Positions 45,752 through 55,744 of a stretch of 64,000 nucleotides of DNA are shown here, piece after piece. The position numbers and the translations under genes are program-made. How positions within the stretch are numbered: the stretch's first letter is position 1; the number at the start of each line of letters is the position of its first letter. The stretch is from an uncultured Flavobacteriaceae bacterium (GTDB lineage Bacteria > Bacteroidota > Bacteroidia > Flavobacteriales > Weeksellaceae), in NCBI GenBank assembly GCA_963518955.1, contig CAUQKI010000006.1, positions 1,162 through 65,161 of the forward strand, written 5' to 3'. The notes beneath the pieces were generated by a model, which did no database searches, was not told the origin of the DNA, and saw only the letters and a program-made list of their open reading frames with translations.

Positions 45752-47791
45752 ATGAAGAACATTAAATATATCGCAGCCGCTTTCCTATTTTCAGGAATGG
45801 TCTATGCACAAAATATTGACATCAATGCAATGCCTAAACCAGGCCCTACACCTGCTATCAACATTGCAAAGCCCAGCACTTTTAAACTTAAAAATGGACT
45901 TACTGTACTGGTTGTAGAAAACAACAAACTGCCAAGAGTAAATATCCAGCTTACCATAGACAGACCTTATATTTATGAAGGAAATATTGTAGGTGTTGGA
46001 GAAATCATGGCTGACCAGCTTGGTACAGGAACTACCAAACTAAGCAAAGAAGAATTCAACAAAAAGATTGATTTCTTAGGAGCATATCTTAGTTTTTCTT
46101 CAGAAGGAGCAGGAGCCAATACCCTTTCTAAATACTCTACACAGGTTATCAGCCTAATGGCAGATGCTGTTGTTAATCCAAAATTCTCTGCGGAGGAAGT
46201 GAATAAATCCAAAGAAAGAACCATCGAGGGATTAAAAACAAAAGAAAAAGATGCTGGTGAAATCGCTAGACGAGTTGATAATGCGCTTACTTATGGTAAA
46301 AATACCGCTCTTGGTGAATTTGTAACAGAAGAAAGCATCAACAGAATCCAGCTGAAAGATGTTCAGGATTTTTATAAAAAATACTATGCACCAGACAATG
46401 CCTATTTGGTAATTGTAGGAGATGTAAAAACTTCCGAAATCAAAAAATTAGTAGAAAAAGAATTTGGAAAATGGAAAAAATCTGGAACTAAATTCGCTGC
46501 TATAGAACCTACTAAAAACCTTCCTACTACGGAAATCAACATCGTAGATGTGCCTACAGCTGTGCAGTCCGTTATCCGTGTAGGAAATATCTCTACGCTC
46601 CAGATGAAAGACCCGCAATATTTCAGTGGAGTGATTGCCAACTACATCCTTGGCGGCGGTGGTGAAGCCAGATTATTCATGAATCTTCGTGAGAAAAACG
46701 GCTATACTTATGGAGCTTATTCTCGCCTTTCTACTAGCAAATACAGCCCTAGTTTCACAGCTAATGCAAGCGTAAGAAACGAAGTAACGGACAAAGCCGT
46801 AGTAGAATTCATGAACGAATTAAAAGGTATTTCTCAAATAAAATCAGAGGAATTAGCCAATGCAAAAGCAAAACTAAAAGGAGAGTTCATTATGTCATTA
46901 GAAAAACCTGAAACTATTGCTAGGTTTGCTCTTAATGAAAGACTTTACAGCCTTCCTGCTGATTTCTATGCTAATTATCTGAAATCCATAGACAAAGTAA
47001 CTACTTCTGATGTTTCCACTGCTGCAAAAGCCTATATCCTTCCTAACCAAAGCAGAATTTTCGTGGCTGGAAAAGGCTCTGAAATCGCAGATGGTTTAGA
47101 GAAATTAGGCTATCCAGTGAAATATTTTGACAAATTTGCGAATCCTGCTTCTAAACCAGAAACAAAGAAAATAGCTGCAGGTGTTACCGCTGAATCCATC
47201 GGACAGAAATACATCGCTACTATCGGAGGAAAAGTAAATGTAGAGAAAATCAATTCATTACAGATGAATTCTTCTGCAACAGTACAAGGAATGACCATAG
47301 AAACCATTACTTTAGCTGCAAAAGGAGGAAAAACATCTGTAGAGATGAAAATGATGGGACAGAGTATGCAGAAAATCGTTTTTGATGGAAAGGACGGCTA
47401 CATCATGACACAAGGACAAAAACAGCCTCTACCAGCAGAACTAAAAGAAGAGTTGGCTGCAAATAAAGAAATCTTCCCAGAACTAGCCTTCAATGCTAAA
47501 AATACGACATTAAGAGGCATTGAAAATGTGAACGGAGAAGAAGTTTATGCCATAAAAAAGGGAAATAAAACTTACTTCTACAGCGTAAAAACTGGGCTAA
47601 AAGTAGGTGAATCCCAAACACAGAAAATGCAAGGACAAGAAGTCATAGTTCCTACTTACTACTCTGATTACAAAGAGGTTTCTGGAGTGAAACTTCCTTT
47701 CAAAATCAGCCAAAATATGGGTGGTATAGAAATGAACTCTGATGTAAAATCCTACGAAATCAATAAAGCAACGGATAAAGATTTTAAATAA
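45752..47791 (+). CDS. M16 family peptidase-like protein (non-catalytic partner with a C-terminal extension)
   Basis: M16 fold pattern without HxxEH. Adjacent to the active subunit. Confidence 0.75.
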   Translation: MKNIKYIAAAFLFSGMVYAQNIDINAMPKPGPTPAINIAKPSTFKLKNGLTVLVVENNKLPRVNIQLTIDRPYIYEGNIVGVGEIMADQLGTGTTKLSKEEFNKKIDFLGAYLSFSSEGAGANTLSKYSTQVISLMADAVVNPKFSAEEVNKSKERTIEGLKTKEKDAGEIARRVDNALTYGKNTALGEFVTEESINRIQLKDVQDFYKKYYAPDNAYLVIVGDVKTSEIKKLVEKEFGKWKKSGTKFAAIEPTKNLPTTEINIVDVPTAVQSVIRVGNISTLQMKDPQYFSGVIANYILGGGGEARLFMNLREKNGYTYGAYSRLSTSKYSPSFTANASVRNEVTDKAVVEFMNELKGISQIKSEELANAKAKLKGEFIMSLEKPETIARFALNERLYSLPADFYANYLKSIDKVTTSDVSTAAKAYILPNQSRIFVAGKGSEIADGLEKLGYPVKYFDKFANPASKPETKKIAAGVTAESIGQKYIATIGGKVNVEKINSLQMNSSATVQGMTIETITLAAKGGKTSVEMKMMGQSMQKIVFDGKDGYIMTQGQKQPLPAELKEELAANKEIFPELAFNAKNTTLRGIENVNGEEVYAIKKGNKTYFYSVKTGLKVGESQTQKMQGQEVIVPTYYSDYKEVSGVKLPFKISQNMGGIEMNSDVKSYEINKATDKDFK

Positions 47792-47809
47792 TCATCCACA
47801 TCAATTAAC

Positions 47810-47842
47810 AACCAGCCTTCTTTTGAAGGCTGGTTTATTTTT
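47810..47842 (+). terminator. Rho-independent terminator
   Basis: AACCAGCCTTC-TTTT-GAAGGCTGGTT followed by TATTTTT. Confidence 0.65.
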
Positions 47843-47957
47843 ATAAACTAATAATGTATCTATTCATAATTATTTATCATTAAATTTAACAATGAATTTG
47901 CATAGTTCAAAAAAAAGCAATACTTTTGCAAACTAATTAAATAAATATTTCAACATT

Positions 47958-48299
47958 ATGAATCATTATGAAACTGTTTTCATTTTAACTCCCGTTCTAT
48001 CTGATTCTCAGGTGGAGGAAGCAGTGAGAAAATTTGAAGACCTTTTAAAGGAGCACAATTGCGAAATTGTAGCAAAAGAAAACTGGGGACTTAGAAAATT
48101 AGCTTACCCTATCCAATTAAAGAAAAATGGATTCTACACTTTGATAGAGTTCAAAGGAGAAGGAGCAGTAGTAGCTGACCTAGAATTAGCTTTCAAGAGA
48201 GATGAAAGAGTAATCCGTTACCTTACTACTAAACTTGACAAACACGCAGTAGAATACGCTGTTACAAGAAGAGCTAAACTAAAATCTCAAAAAGCTTAA
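47958..48299 (+). CDS. rpsF: 30S ribosomal protein S6
   Basis: [12 protein letters not shown]... is a canonical S6 N-terminus. Confidence 0.95.
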   Translation: MNHYETVFILTPVLSDSQVEEAVRKFEDLLKEHNCEIVAKENWGLRKLAYPIQLKKNGFYTLIEFKGEGAVVADLELAFKRDERVIRYLTTKLDKHAVEYAVTRRAKLKSQKA

Positions 48300-48327
48300 T
48301 TTATTAACCCTTTAAAAATTTATTCAA

Positions 48328-48630
48328 ATGGCAATAGATGAAATGGCACAACAAGCCGCAGCAGGAGGAGAATCTGAAGTAAAATTCCTTACTCCGCTGG
48401 ATATCAATACTAAATCTGATAAAAAATACTGTAGATTTAGAAAATACGGAATCAAATATGTAGATTACAAGGATACTAACTTCCTTCTACAATTCGTAAA
48501 CGAACAAGGTAAAATTTTACCAAGAAGATACACAGGAACTTCTTTAAAATACCAAAGAAAAGTTTCTGCAGCTATTAAGAGAGCAAGACACCTTGCATTA
48601 ATGCCTTATGTTGCTGATTTATTAAAATAA
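48328..48630 (+). CDS. rpsR: 30S ribosomal protein S18
   Basis: [16 protein letters not shown] ... [10 protein letters not shown] ... [19 protein letters not shown]. Confidence 0.95.
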   Translation: MAIDEMAQQAAAGGESEVKFLTPLDINTKSDKKYCRFRKYGIKYVDYKDTNFLLQFVNEQGKILPRRYTGTSLKYQRKVSAAIKRARHLALMPYVADLLK

Positions 48631-48657
48631 TTCTAACGCAAAACGGACAACAACAAA

Positions 48658-49152
48658 ATGGAAATCATTCTAAAAAAAGATGTAGAGAATTTAGGACTTG
48701 AATTCGATACAGTATCAGTAAAACCAGGTTATGCTAGAAACTTCCTTATTCCACAAGGATTAGCAGTTTTGGCTACACCTAAAAACAGAGCAGAACTTGC
48801 TGCTACACTAGAAGCAAGAAAAGAAGAAGAAGCTAAACTAATCGCTGCTGCGAAGAGCATCGTAGAACAATTGAAAAAAACTACTGTTTCTATCGCTGCT
48901 AAAGTAGGTTCTGGAGATAGATTATTTGGTTCTATCAACAATATCAACCTAGCTGAAGCTCTTGCAAACGCTGGTGTAAATGTTGATAAAAAATATATCA
49001 GGATCCCTGGTAACTCTATCAAGAGATTAGGTAAATTCTCTGCTAAAATCAGACTTCACAGAGATGTAGAGCATGAATACGAATTTGATGTAGTATCTGA
49101 TGCTCCTGCAGCTCCTGCTAAAAAAGAAGAAACTAAATCTGAAGAAGCTTAG
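48658..49152 (+). CDS. rplI: 50S ribosomal protein L9
   Basis: MEIILKKDVENLG...VKPGYARNFLIPQGLA. Confidence 0.95.
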   Translation: MEIILKKDVENLGLEFDTVSVKPGYARNFLIPQGLAVLATPKNRAELAATLEARKEEEAKLIAAAKSIVEQLKKTTVSIAAKVGSGDRLFGSINNINLAEALANAGVNVDKKYIRIPGNSIKRLGKFSAKIRLHRDVEHEYEFDVVSDAPAAPAKKEETKSEEA

Positions 49153-49173
49153 TTTCAGACTTTGATAAAAATA

Positions 49174-49203
49174 AAAAACCTCTTTTTAAAAAGAGGTTTT
49201 TTT
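49174..49203. terminator. Bidirectional terminator between rplI and holB
   Basis: AAAAACCTCTTTTTAAAAAGAGGTTTTTTT. Confidence 0.7.
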
Positions 49204-50317
49204 AATACCCTTTATGAATGTATCTTATCAATTTTATTCCTAAATCTGTCCAAACAATTTTAGAATTGGCATTTCTCTGAATATGTGAATCAGCTAAATT
49301 GATTTCATCTAAAATCAGCTCTATATTTGCGCCTTGAATGTATGTAGAAAAGGCATCCCAGTTAAAATTATTTTTAGTGAGTTTCTTATAAACCAATTCA
49401 TCGGCTCCATAATTTTGGATCAGAGCCAGACGGAACATTTCCAAACAATAATTCAAAAAATCCTTCTGTTTATCCCTATTCCACTCGGATATTGCGCGTG
49501 CCCAATGGATAATTTCCCGCAGAACGACTGGCTTTTTCTTCGCCTGAAAAGCATTTCTCACCCAAGTGATGAATAACTCCTCAAAATCATCATCTACTCC
49601 GCCTTTTTCTGCTATTTTTTGAGCAACATTAAAATTTCCCTGCGACTGATAGGCTATTTCTCTTGCCTGCTCTTCCGAGATTTCATAACGGCTGAGCAGT
49701 GCGTTTTGGATCTCTTCGTCCTCTATTCTTGAAACTTCTATTATCTGGCAACGGGACAAAATGGTCTGTAAAATATTTTCTATACTATTGGTCAATAGGA
49801 AGATTTTTGTTTTTTCTGGTGGTTCTTCCAAAAACTTCAAAAATTTATTCGCTGCTGAAGGATTCATCTTATCTATCCCCCATACAATAAGGATTTTCGT
49901 TCCTCCTTCATAGCTTTTTAGGCTAAAAATTTTTCCCCATTCCTCCACCTCATCTACAGAAATAAGTAACTGTTTATTCGCATCCAAAACCTCTCCCCAA
50001 TCATGAATAGATGCATAAGGATTAGCCAAAATCATCTCCCGCCATTCATGGAAAAAGTTCTTACTCAGAGAATTATTATTTTTAGTAAAAACAGGAAAAC
50101 TAAAGTGCAAATCAACATGGTTAAGCGTTTCCACCTTTGGAGCAGAATGTTCGTTCTCTCTTTTAAAAAGCTCCTGCACATAGGCTAAAACCAAAGGAAG
50201 CCCGCCATAGCCTTCCTCGCCTACAAATAACTGAGCGTGAGCCACTCGGTCTTTGTTGATGGAATCCTGGAGAATTTCTATCAGTTTTTTTTGTCCTATT
50301 ATTTGAGTCCAATTCAT
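49202..50317 (-). CDS. holB: DNA polymerase III delta-prime subunit-like AAA+ protein
   Basis: Clamp-loader pattern: AHAQLFVGEEGYG, KILIVWGIDKMN, SRCQIIEV. Confidence 0.75.
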   Translation of the reverse strand: MNWTQIIGQKKLIEILQDSINKDRVAHAQLFVGEEGYGGLPLVLAYVQELFKRENEHSAPKVETLNHVDLHFSFPVFTKNNNSLSKNFFHEWREMILANPYASIHDWGEVLDANKQLLISVDEVEEWGKIFSLKSYEGGTKILIVWGIDKMNPSAANKFLKFLEEPPEKTKIFLLTNSIENILQTILSRCQIIEVSRIEDEEIQNALLSRYEISEEQAREIAYQSQGNFNVAQKIAEKGGVDDDFEELFITWVRNAFQAKKKPVVLREIIHWARAISEWNRDKQKDFLNYCLEMFRLALIQNYGADELVYKKLTKNNFNWDAFSTYIQGANIELILDEINLADSHIQRNANSKIVWTDLGIKLIRYIHKGY

Positions 50318-50441
50318 AGCCCAAAGATAGTATTTTTGGAGGGAATTTTTCTATTTTAACAGAAATAACATATTTTAACATTAAATAAATTTTTGATTTT
50401 CATTATTAATTAAGATATTTGCAATATTTTAAAAATAAAGA

Positions 50442-51719
50442 ATGAAGAAAATTGTCGTTTCAATTTTTGTGGCAGCATTAGGTTCACATGCAGCAGCTCA
50501 GAATATCGGAAACTCTCCTTATGCAGCTTACGGAATCGGAGATATCAAATATGATAACTCGGTGGAAACTCGGTCTATGGGTGGGATTTCTACTGCTTAT
50601 GTTTGGGATTTTAACAATCAATTTAATTTTCAAAACCCTGCAGCAAACCAGAATTTGGAAATCACTTCCCTAAGATTTCATGGGACTAACGAAAACCAAT
50701 ATTTCAAATCTGGATATAATGGGAATAAATATGGTAAACATTCCTCCTATCTTTCAGGAATTTCCTTAGCTTTTCCTCTTTCTAAAAAGGTAAAATTAGG
50801 GATAGGATATCAGCCATATAGTTCAAAAGATTACAGCATTACACAGAGTACATCTCTACCAGATGGAACTGCTGGTGTCCAAAATTTCCATGGCGATGGC
50901 GGTATCAATCTTGTTCAGCTTGGAGTGGGATATTCCATTACACCTAGTTTTTCAGTAGGTTTGTCCAATAATCTATATTTTGGGAGAATTTCTGATGTTC
51001 AGGAAACAGCCTATGAAAACACTACTTTGGTAAGCAATATAGAAAACGAATCAAGTGTTACAAGTTTTAATTTCACATTAGGTTCTGTTTATCAGAAAAA
51101 ACTTAAAAATAATAAAAAACTGACTTTAGGGGCTTCTTATACTTTTGGGAATACTTCGAATTTTAAATCAACTTACACAAACAGTACCTATTATCTAAAT
51201 GGGACTACTAAGTCTAATGAAGACATTGTAGCACAAGAATCCAAAAATACAAACAACACTATTCCTCAGAAATTATCTCTCGGTGTAGGATTCGGGCACG
51301 ATGCTAAATGGTTCGTTTCTGGGCAGTTTGACTACAAAAGCGGGAAAAATGCAGAGTCTTTACGCTCTCTGTCTTACAGCTATGACAATGCTTACAGAGT
51401 ATCTGTAGGGGGCTGGTATCTTCCTAACTACAATAATTTTAGAAATTATTTTTCAAGAGTTACCTATCGTTATGGGGCTTTCTATGAAAAAGGTCATCTG
51501 AATGTACAAGGCACGAATATCAACCAATACGGGCTTTCATTCGGAGCATCTTTCCCTTTCCAGAAAAGCAATATCAACAGGCTTAGTACCTTGGATTTAG
51601 GTATAGAATTAGGACAAAGAGGAACGGTTAAAAATAATTTAATCAGAGAAAATTTCTTGAATTTCACCATTGGTATAAACTTTGCCAACAAATGGTTTGA
51701 AAAACAATACTTTGACTAG
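50442..51719 (+). CDS. Outer-membrane beta-barrel protein (hypothetical)
   Basis: Signal peptide, alternating beta pattern, and a C-terminal aromatic residue (...KQYFD). Confidence 0.45.
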   Translation: MKKIVVSIFVAALGSHAAAQNIGNSPYAAYGIGDIKYDNSVETRSMGGISTAYVWDFNNQFNFQNPAANQNLEITSLRFHGTNENQYFKSGYNGNKYGKHSSYLSGISLAFPLSKKVKLGIGYQPYSSKDYSITQSTSLPDGTAGVQNFHGDGGINLVQLGVGYSITPSFSVGLSNNLYFGRISDVQETAYENTTLVSNIENESSVTSFNFTLGSVYQKKLKNNKKLTLGASYTFGNTSNFKSTYTNSTYYLNGTTKSNEDIVAQESKNTNNTIPQKLSLGVGFGHDAKWFVSGQFDYKSGKNAESLRSLSYSYDNAYRVSVGGWYLPNYNNFRNYFSRVTYRYGAFYEKGHLNVQGTNINQYGLSFGASFPFQKSNINRLSTLDLGIELGQRGTVKNNLIRENFLNFTIGINFANKWFEKQYFD

Positions 51720-51731
51720 TTTTTTCTTTTT

Positions 51732-52316
51732 ATGAAATTTCAAATGAATAAATACAAAAAAAATATAGTTGCTGTTTTTTCCGTAGCTATATTTTTTGTT
51801 TTGCATTCTTGTGAAGAAGACCTTACGGAGGTCAATAGGGACAAGAATAAAAATTTCCCTTCCAGAGTTATTTATAACTCAAACATTCTACAGAAAGATT
51901 CTGGTTTCGTGAAAATCAGATTCAAAGCACCTATTTTAGAGGAATATGAATTCATAGACACTCCATATATAGAAGCAAAAAAAGGGATTTATCTTGAATT
52001 TTATGACAAAAAAAATCCTGATGTTCCCGGCACTCTGAAAGCCAATTATGCTAAATTCATAGAAAAAAAAGAATATTATGAAGCCAAAGGCGGAGTAAAG
52101 GTGACCAATAGCGAGGGACAGACTTTCGTGATGAAATCTATCTACTGGGACAAAAAAAATAAACAGATGTACACCAAAGATTCTGTTTTTATTTCTGATA
52201 AAGAAGGAAATGTCTTCGTGGCAGCGAATGGGATGGTTGCCAAAGACGATTTTACAGAATATACCTTCTACAACAACTCTGGTGAAATCAACCCAAAAAA
52301 AATGCCCGACAAATAG
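51732..52316 (+). CDS. LptC-like periplasmic lipoprotein
   Basis: About 190 aa with a lipoprotein signal (LHSC). Size and beta-jellyroll-like pattern fit Flavobacterial LptC. Tentative. Confidence 0.4.
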   Translation: MKFQMNKYKKNIVAVFSVAIFFVLHSCEEDLTEVNRDKNKNFPSRVIYNSNILQKDSGFVKIRFKAPILEEYEFIDTPYIEAKKGIYLEFYDKKNPDVPGTLKANYAKFIEKKEYYEAKGGVKVTNSEGQTFVMKSIYWDKKNKQMYTKDSVFISDKEGNVFVAANGMVAKDDFTEYTFYNNSGEINPKKMPDK

Positions 52317-52338
52317 GCTTTTTATAAAAATTAAAAAT

Positions 52339-52370
52339 AAATCCTCTTCGTATGAAGAGGATTTATTTTA
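52339..52370. terminator. Bidirectional terminator between convergent genes
   Basis: AAATCCTCTTC-GTAT-GAAGAGGATTT flanked by A- and T-runs. Confidence 0.65.
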
Positions 52371-52386
52371 TCTGGTTTGAAGTATT

Positions 52387-53643
52387 TTATTTAAATAAAA
52401 CTGCTCCCACCGTCACAAAACTAGTCTGGTCTATCAAGATAGCACTTCCATTTTCACGGATGTTTTGATAGCTGTCGTAGCTCAGCGGTGCAGAGGTTTT
52501 TAGTAGAACTTCCACTACCTCATTTAGTCCTGCATTGGCTGGGTTCATCTCCTTTTCAAGGGTATTTACATCCAGTCGGTATCGGATTTCTTTCACCATA
52601 GCGATTACGGTTTTGCTGTTATGCTGAAGCAGGTATTTAGTCCCGATAGTCAAAGGTTTTTCATCCATCCAGCACACAAGCGCCTCGATGTCTTGACCAG
52701 TTTTCAACAAACTATCTTCTTTCGCTATCAAGTCTCCTCGGCTGATGTCTATATCATCCGCCAGATGAAGCACGGCACTCTGTGGAGCGAAACATTCCTG
52801 GACCTCCTTACCGCCGACTTCTATAGCTTTTATGGTAGTTTCTATGTTAGAAGGATAGATTTTCACCTTGTCATTTACCGCGAAAACTCCGCTTTCCACT
52901 TTCCCTGCATAACCTCTGTAATCATGAAGTTCATCCACCTGCGGACGAAGAACCAGCTGCACTGGGAACCTTCCATTCACATGATTTAGGGAAGTCTGAA
53001 GCTCTACCGTTTCCAAAAGATTTAGCAACGCAGAGCCTTTATACCAAGGCATTTTTTCGGATTTATCTACCACATTGTCACCATCCTTCGCACTGATAGG
53101 AATGAATTTAACATCCTTTAAAGCTAATGAATTGGCAACTTTTTCATATTCTTTTACAATCTCGTTGAACTTTTCTTCGGAATAATCCACCAAGTCCATT
53201 TTATTTATCGCCACCACTACATGTGGAATGTTCAAGAGTGAAGCAATGATAGAGTGTCTTTTCGTTTGCTCTATCACGCCATTTCTAGCATCCACCAAGA
53301 TGATAATCAAATCTGCATTAGACGCTCCTGTCACCATGTTTCGTGTGTACTGGATATGCCCTGGCGCATCAGCGATGATGAATTTTCTCTTCGGTGTAGA
53401 GAAATATTTATACGCCACATCGATGGTTATTCCTTGCTCTCTTTCTGCACGAAGTCCATCAGTCAAAAGAGCTAAATCCACCTCTCCATCCTCACGATTT
53501 TTGGTGCTTCTTTCGATGGCTTCCAGCTGGTCTACTAGTATATTTTTGCTGTCGTAGAGAAGTCTTCCAATGAGGGTACTTTTTCCGTCATCTACACTTC
53601 CTGCCGTTAAAAATCTTAATATATCCATTTTTATTAAATCCAA
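52387..53643 (-). CDS. cysN: Sulfate adenylyltransferase subunit 1 (GTPase)
   Basis: GSVDDGKSTLIGRLL, DAPGH and NKMD GTPase motifs. The start may be the second Met (53628). Confidence 0.9.
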   Translation of the reverse strand: MDLIKMDILRFLTAGSVDDGKSTLIGRLLYDSKNILVDQLEAIERSTKNREDGEVDLALLTDGLRAEREQGITIDVAYKYFSTPKRKFIIADAPGHIQYTRNMVTGASNADLIIILVDARNGVIEQTKRHSIIASLLNIPHVVVAINKMDLVDYSEEKFNEIVKEYEKVANSLALKDVKFIPISAKDGDNVVDKSEKMPWYKGSALLNLLETVELQTSLNHVNGRFPVQLVLRPQVDELHDYRGYAGKVESGVFAVNDKVKIYPSNIETTIKAIEVGGKEVQECFAPQSAVLHLADDIDISRGDLIAKEDSLLKTGQDIEALVCWMDEKPLTIGTKYLLQHNSKTVIAMVKEIRYRLDVNTLEKEMNPANAGLNEVVEVLLKTSAPLSYDSYQNIRENGSAILIDQTSFVTVGAVLFK

Positions 53644-53648
53644 AAAAG

Positions 53649-54560
53649 TTAAAAATACCCGTTTTTCTTTCTGTCCTCCATTGCCGCTTCTGATATTTTA
53701 TCATCGATACGCGTTTCTCCTCTTTCGCTGGTACGAGTTGCTGTAATTTCGTTGATGATATCATCTATGATATAAGCCTCAGACTCCACTGCCGCAGTAC
53801 AAGTCATATCTCCCACGGTACGATAGCGAACTTTCTTCTTCAGAATCACATCATTTTCATCAATCTGGATATATGGAGAAACTGCTATCAGCTGTCCTTG
53901 GTGGTCTATCACTTCTCTTTCGTGAGAGAAATAAACCGAAGGAAGTTCTATTCTTTCTCGGCGAATATAGTTCCAAACATCCAGCTCTGTCCAGTTGCTG
54001 ATAGGGAAAACACGCACATTTTCTCCTTTGTGGATTTTTCCGTTATAAGTATGCCATAATTCTGGGCGCTGAAGTTTTGGATCCCAGCCTCCGAAATCAT
54101 CTCGAACAGAGAAAATTCTTTCCTTAGCTCTAGCTTTTTCCTCATCACGGCGCGCTCCTCCGATACAAGCATCAAACTCAAATTCTTCTATTGTATCCAA
54201 AAGTGTATAACTTTGCAATGCATTTCTGCTGGCAAATTTTCCCTTTGGCTCGGTAAGTCCTTTGCTTTTTATCGTATCTTCTACTTTTCTGACAATAAGT
54301 TTCTCGCCTAATTTCTTTACTAAATTATCACGAAATTCAAGTGCTTCAGGGAAATTATGCCCTGTATCAATATGCACTAGTGGAAATGGAAATTTGCATG
54401 GACGAAAAGCCTTTAAAGCCAAATGTACCAAGACTATAGAGTCCTTACCTCCACTGAATAATAATGCAGGTTTCTCAAACTGTCCCGCCACTTCACGAAA
54501 TATATGAATCGACTCAGATTCTAACTGGTCGAGATAATCTAAAGTCCTATCTTTATTCAT
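53649..54560 (-). CDS. cysD: Sulfate adenylyltransferase subunit 2
   Basis: PP-loop FSGGKDSIV. 303 aa. Confidence 0.95.
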   Translation of the reverse strand: MNKDRTLDYLDQLESESIHIFREVAGQFEKPALLFSGGKDSIVLVHLALKAFRPCKFPFPLVHIDTGHNFPEALEFRDNLVKKLGEKLIVRKVEDTIKSKGLTEPKGKFASRNALQSYTLLDTIEEFEFDACIGGARRDEEKARAKERIFSVRDDFGGWDPKLQRPELWHTYNGKIHKGENVRVFPISNWTELDVWNYIRRERIELPSVYFSHEREVIDHQGQLIAVSPYIQIDENDVILKKKVRYRTVGDMTCTAAVESEAYIIDDIINEITATRTSERGETRIDDKISEAAMEDRKKNGYF

Positions 54561-54580
54561 TTTTAATCTCTATAATGATT

Positions 54581-54946
54581 TTATTTATATTCTATTTCTA
54601 TTCTTTCAGTTTCAAAAACAACAGCCCAAGGCATCCAGCAATCCGAATATTCCGTGGCTATTTCATGCCCATTCGCACACATTCTATTAACCTTAGAACC
54701 ATCCAATCCACAGCAGCCACTCAGACTATTTTTAGTATGATAAATGGAATTAACCAAATCATTCTTATTGATAATGATTTGTCCTATGTCTACATTCCAA
54801 TCCACACCATCATTCTTTTTATAAAATCCTCGCGGTAAATAGTTTGTCTCATCTTCCAAACTGCAAACAAAATCCTTTGGCAACTCCTTTAAACAAGGTG
54901 TTAAAATGATTCCGCATTCTGCACATTTGATGACTATTTCGCTCAT
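54581..54946 (-). CDS. Cys-rich hypothetical protein embedded in the cys operon
   Basis: 121 aa. N-terminal CAEC, later C, then GCCGLDG...MCANGHE...DCW. Gaps of 6 and 20 nt to cysH and cysD. Confidence 0.5.
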   Translation of the reverse strand: MSEIVIKCAECGIILTPCLKELPKDFVCSLEDETNYLPRGFYKKNDGVDWNVDIGQIIINKNDLVNSIYHTKNSLSGCCGLDGSKVNRMCANGHEIATEYSDCWMPWAVVFETERIEIEYK

Positions 54947-54952
54947 TAGGCT

Positions 54953-55666
54953 TTACTTTTTTTCTTCATTCCAGTGCAGTCCGCACTCTTTTTTTTCTTC
55001 ATTTTCCCACCACCAGCGTCCTGCTCGGATATCTTCGCCTTCTTTTATTGGGCGTGTCATCGGCTGGTCGCCTATACTTACATAGCCCTGCTCGTGGAGT
55101 GGATTGTAAGGGATTTGGTGTTCTTTCAAAAAGGGTAAAAGTTCTCCAGTTTTCCAATGCAATAGAGGATGAAACTTGACGATTTTATTCCCTTCATCCC
55201 ATTCCACCATCGGTATCTGCTGTCTGTGTGGAGACTGCTCCGCTCTGATTCCTGTAATCCAGACTTCATACCCTTCCAAAGCTCTTTTCAGAGGTTCCAC
55301 TTTTTTTATGTAATCATGCTCTTTTCTCAGCTCTACAGATTTGTAAAATCCATTAACTCCATGCTTTCTCACATATTCCTCTATTCTATGATTATCAGCA
55401 TAATAAGCTGGAATGAGCACATTGTACTTTTCATTGGTATTTACCCAAGTGTCATAGGTTTCATAGAACATACGCCCTGTGTCTATCGTGAAAATATCTA
55501 TCGGAAGATTATTCTTAAAAATATAATCTGTGATTATCTGGTCTTCCATACCAAAACTCGTAGAAAAAACTACTTTTTTAGGAAATTTTTCAACCAACAA
55601 AGCCAAAGCCTCTTCTATGGGTAATTGTGGTAATATATTGGATAATTCTTCTACCTTCATAAACAT
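54953..55666 (-). CDS. cysH: Phosphoadenosine phosphosulfate (PAPS) reductase
   Basis: C-terminal ECGLH catalytic motif and PP-loop-like STSFGMEDQ. Confidence 0.9.
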   Translation of the reverse strand: MFMKVEELSNILPQLPIEEALALLVEKFPKKVVFSTSFGMEDQIITDYIFKNNLPIDIFTIDTGRMFYETYDTWVNTNEKYNVLIPAYYADNHRIEEYVRKHGVNGFYKSVELRKEHDYIKKVEPLKRALEGYEVWITGIRAEQSPHRQQIPMVEWDEGNKIVKFHPLLHWKTGELLPFLKEHQIPYNPLHEQGYVSIGDQPMTRPIKEGEDIRAGRWWWENEEKKECGLHWNEEKK

Positions 55667-55744
55667 TTATTTATCGTGCAAAATTAAAAAACTTTATAGA
55701 TAACGCCCCAAGATAGCAAAAAATTATTAGTCTGACAAATTAAA

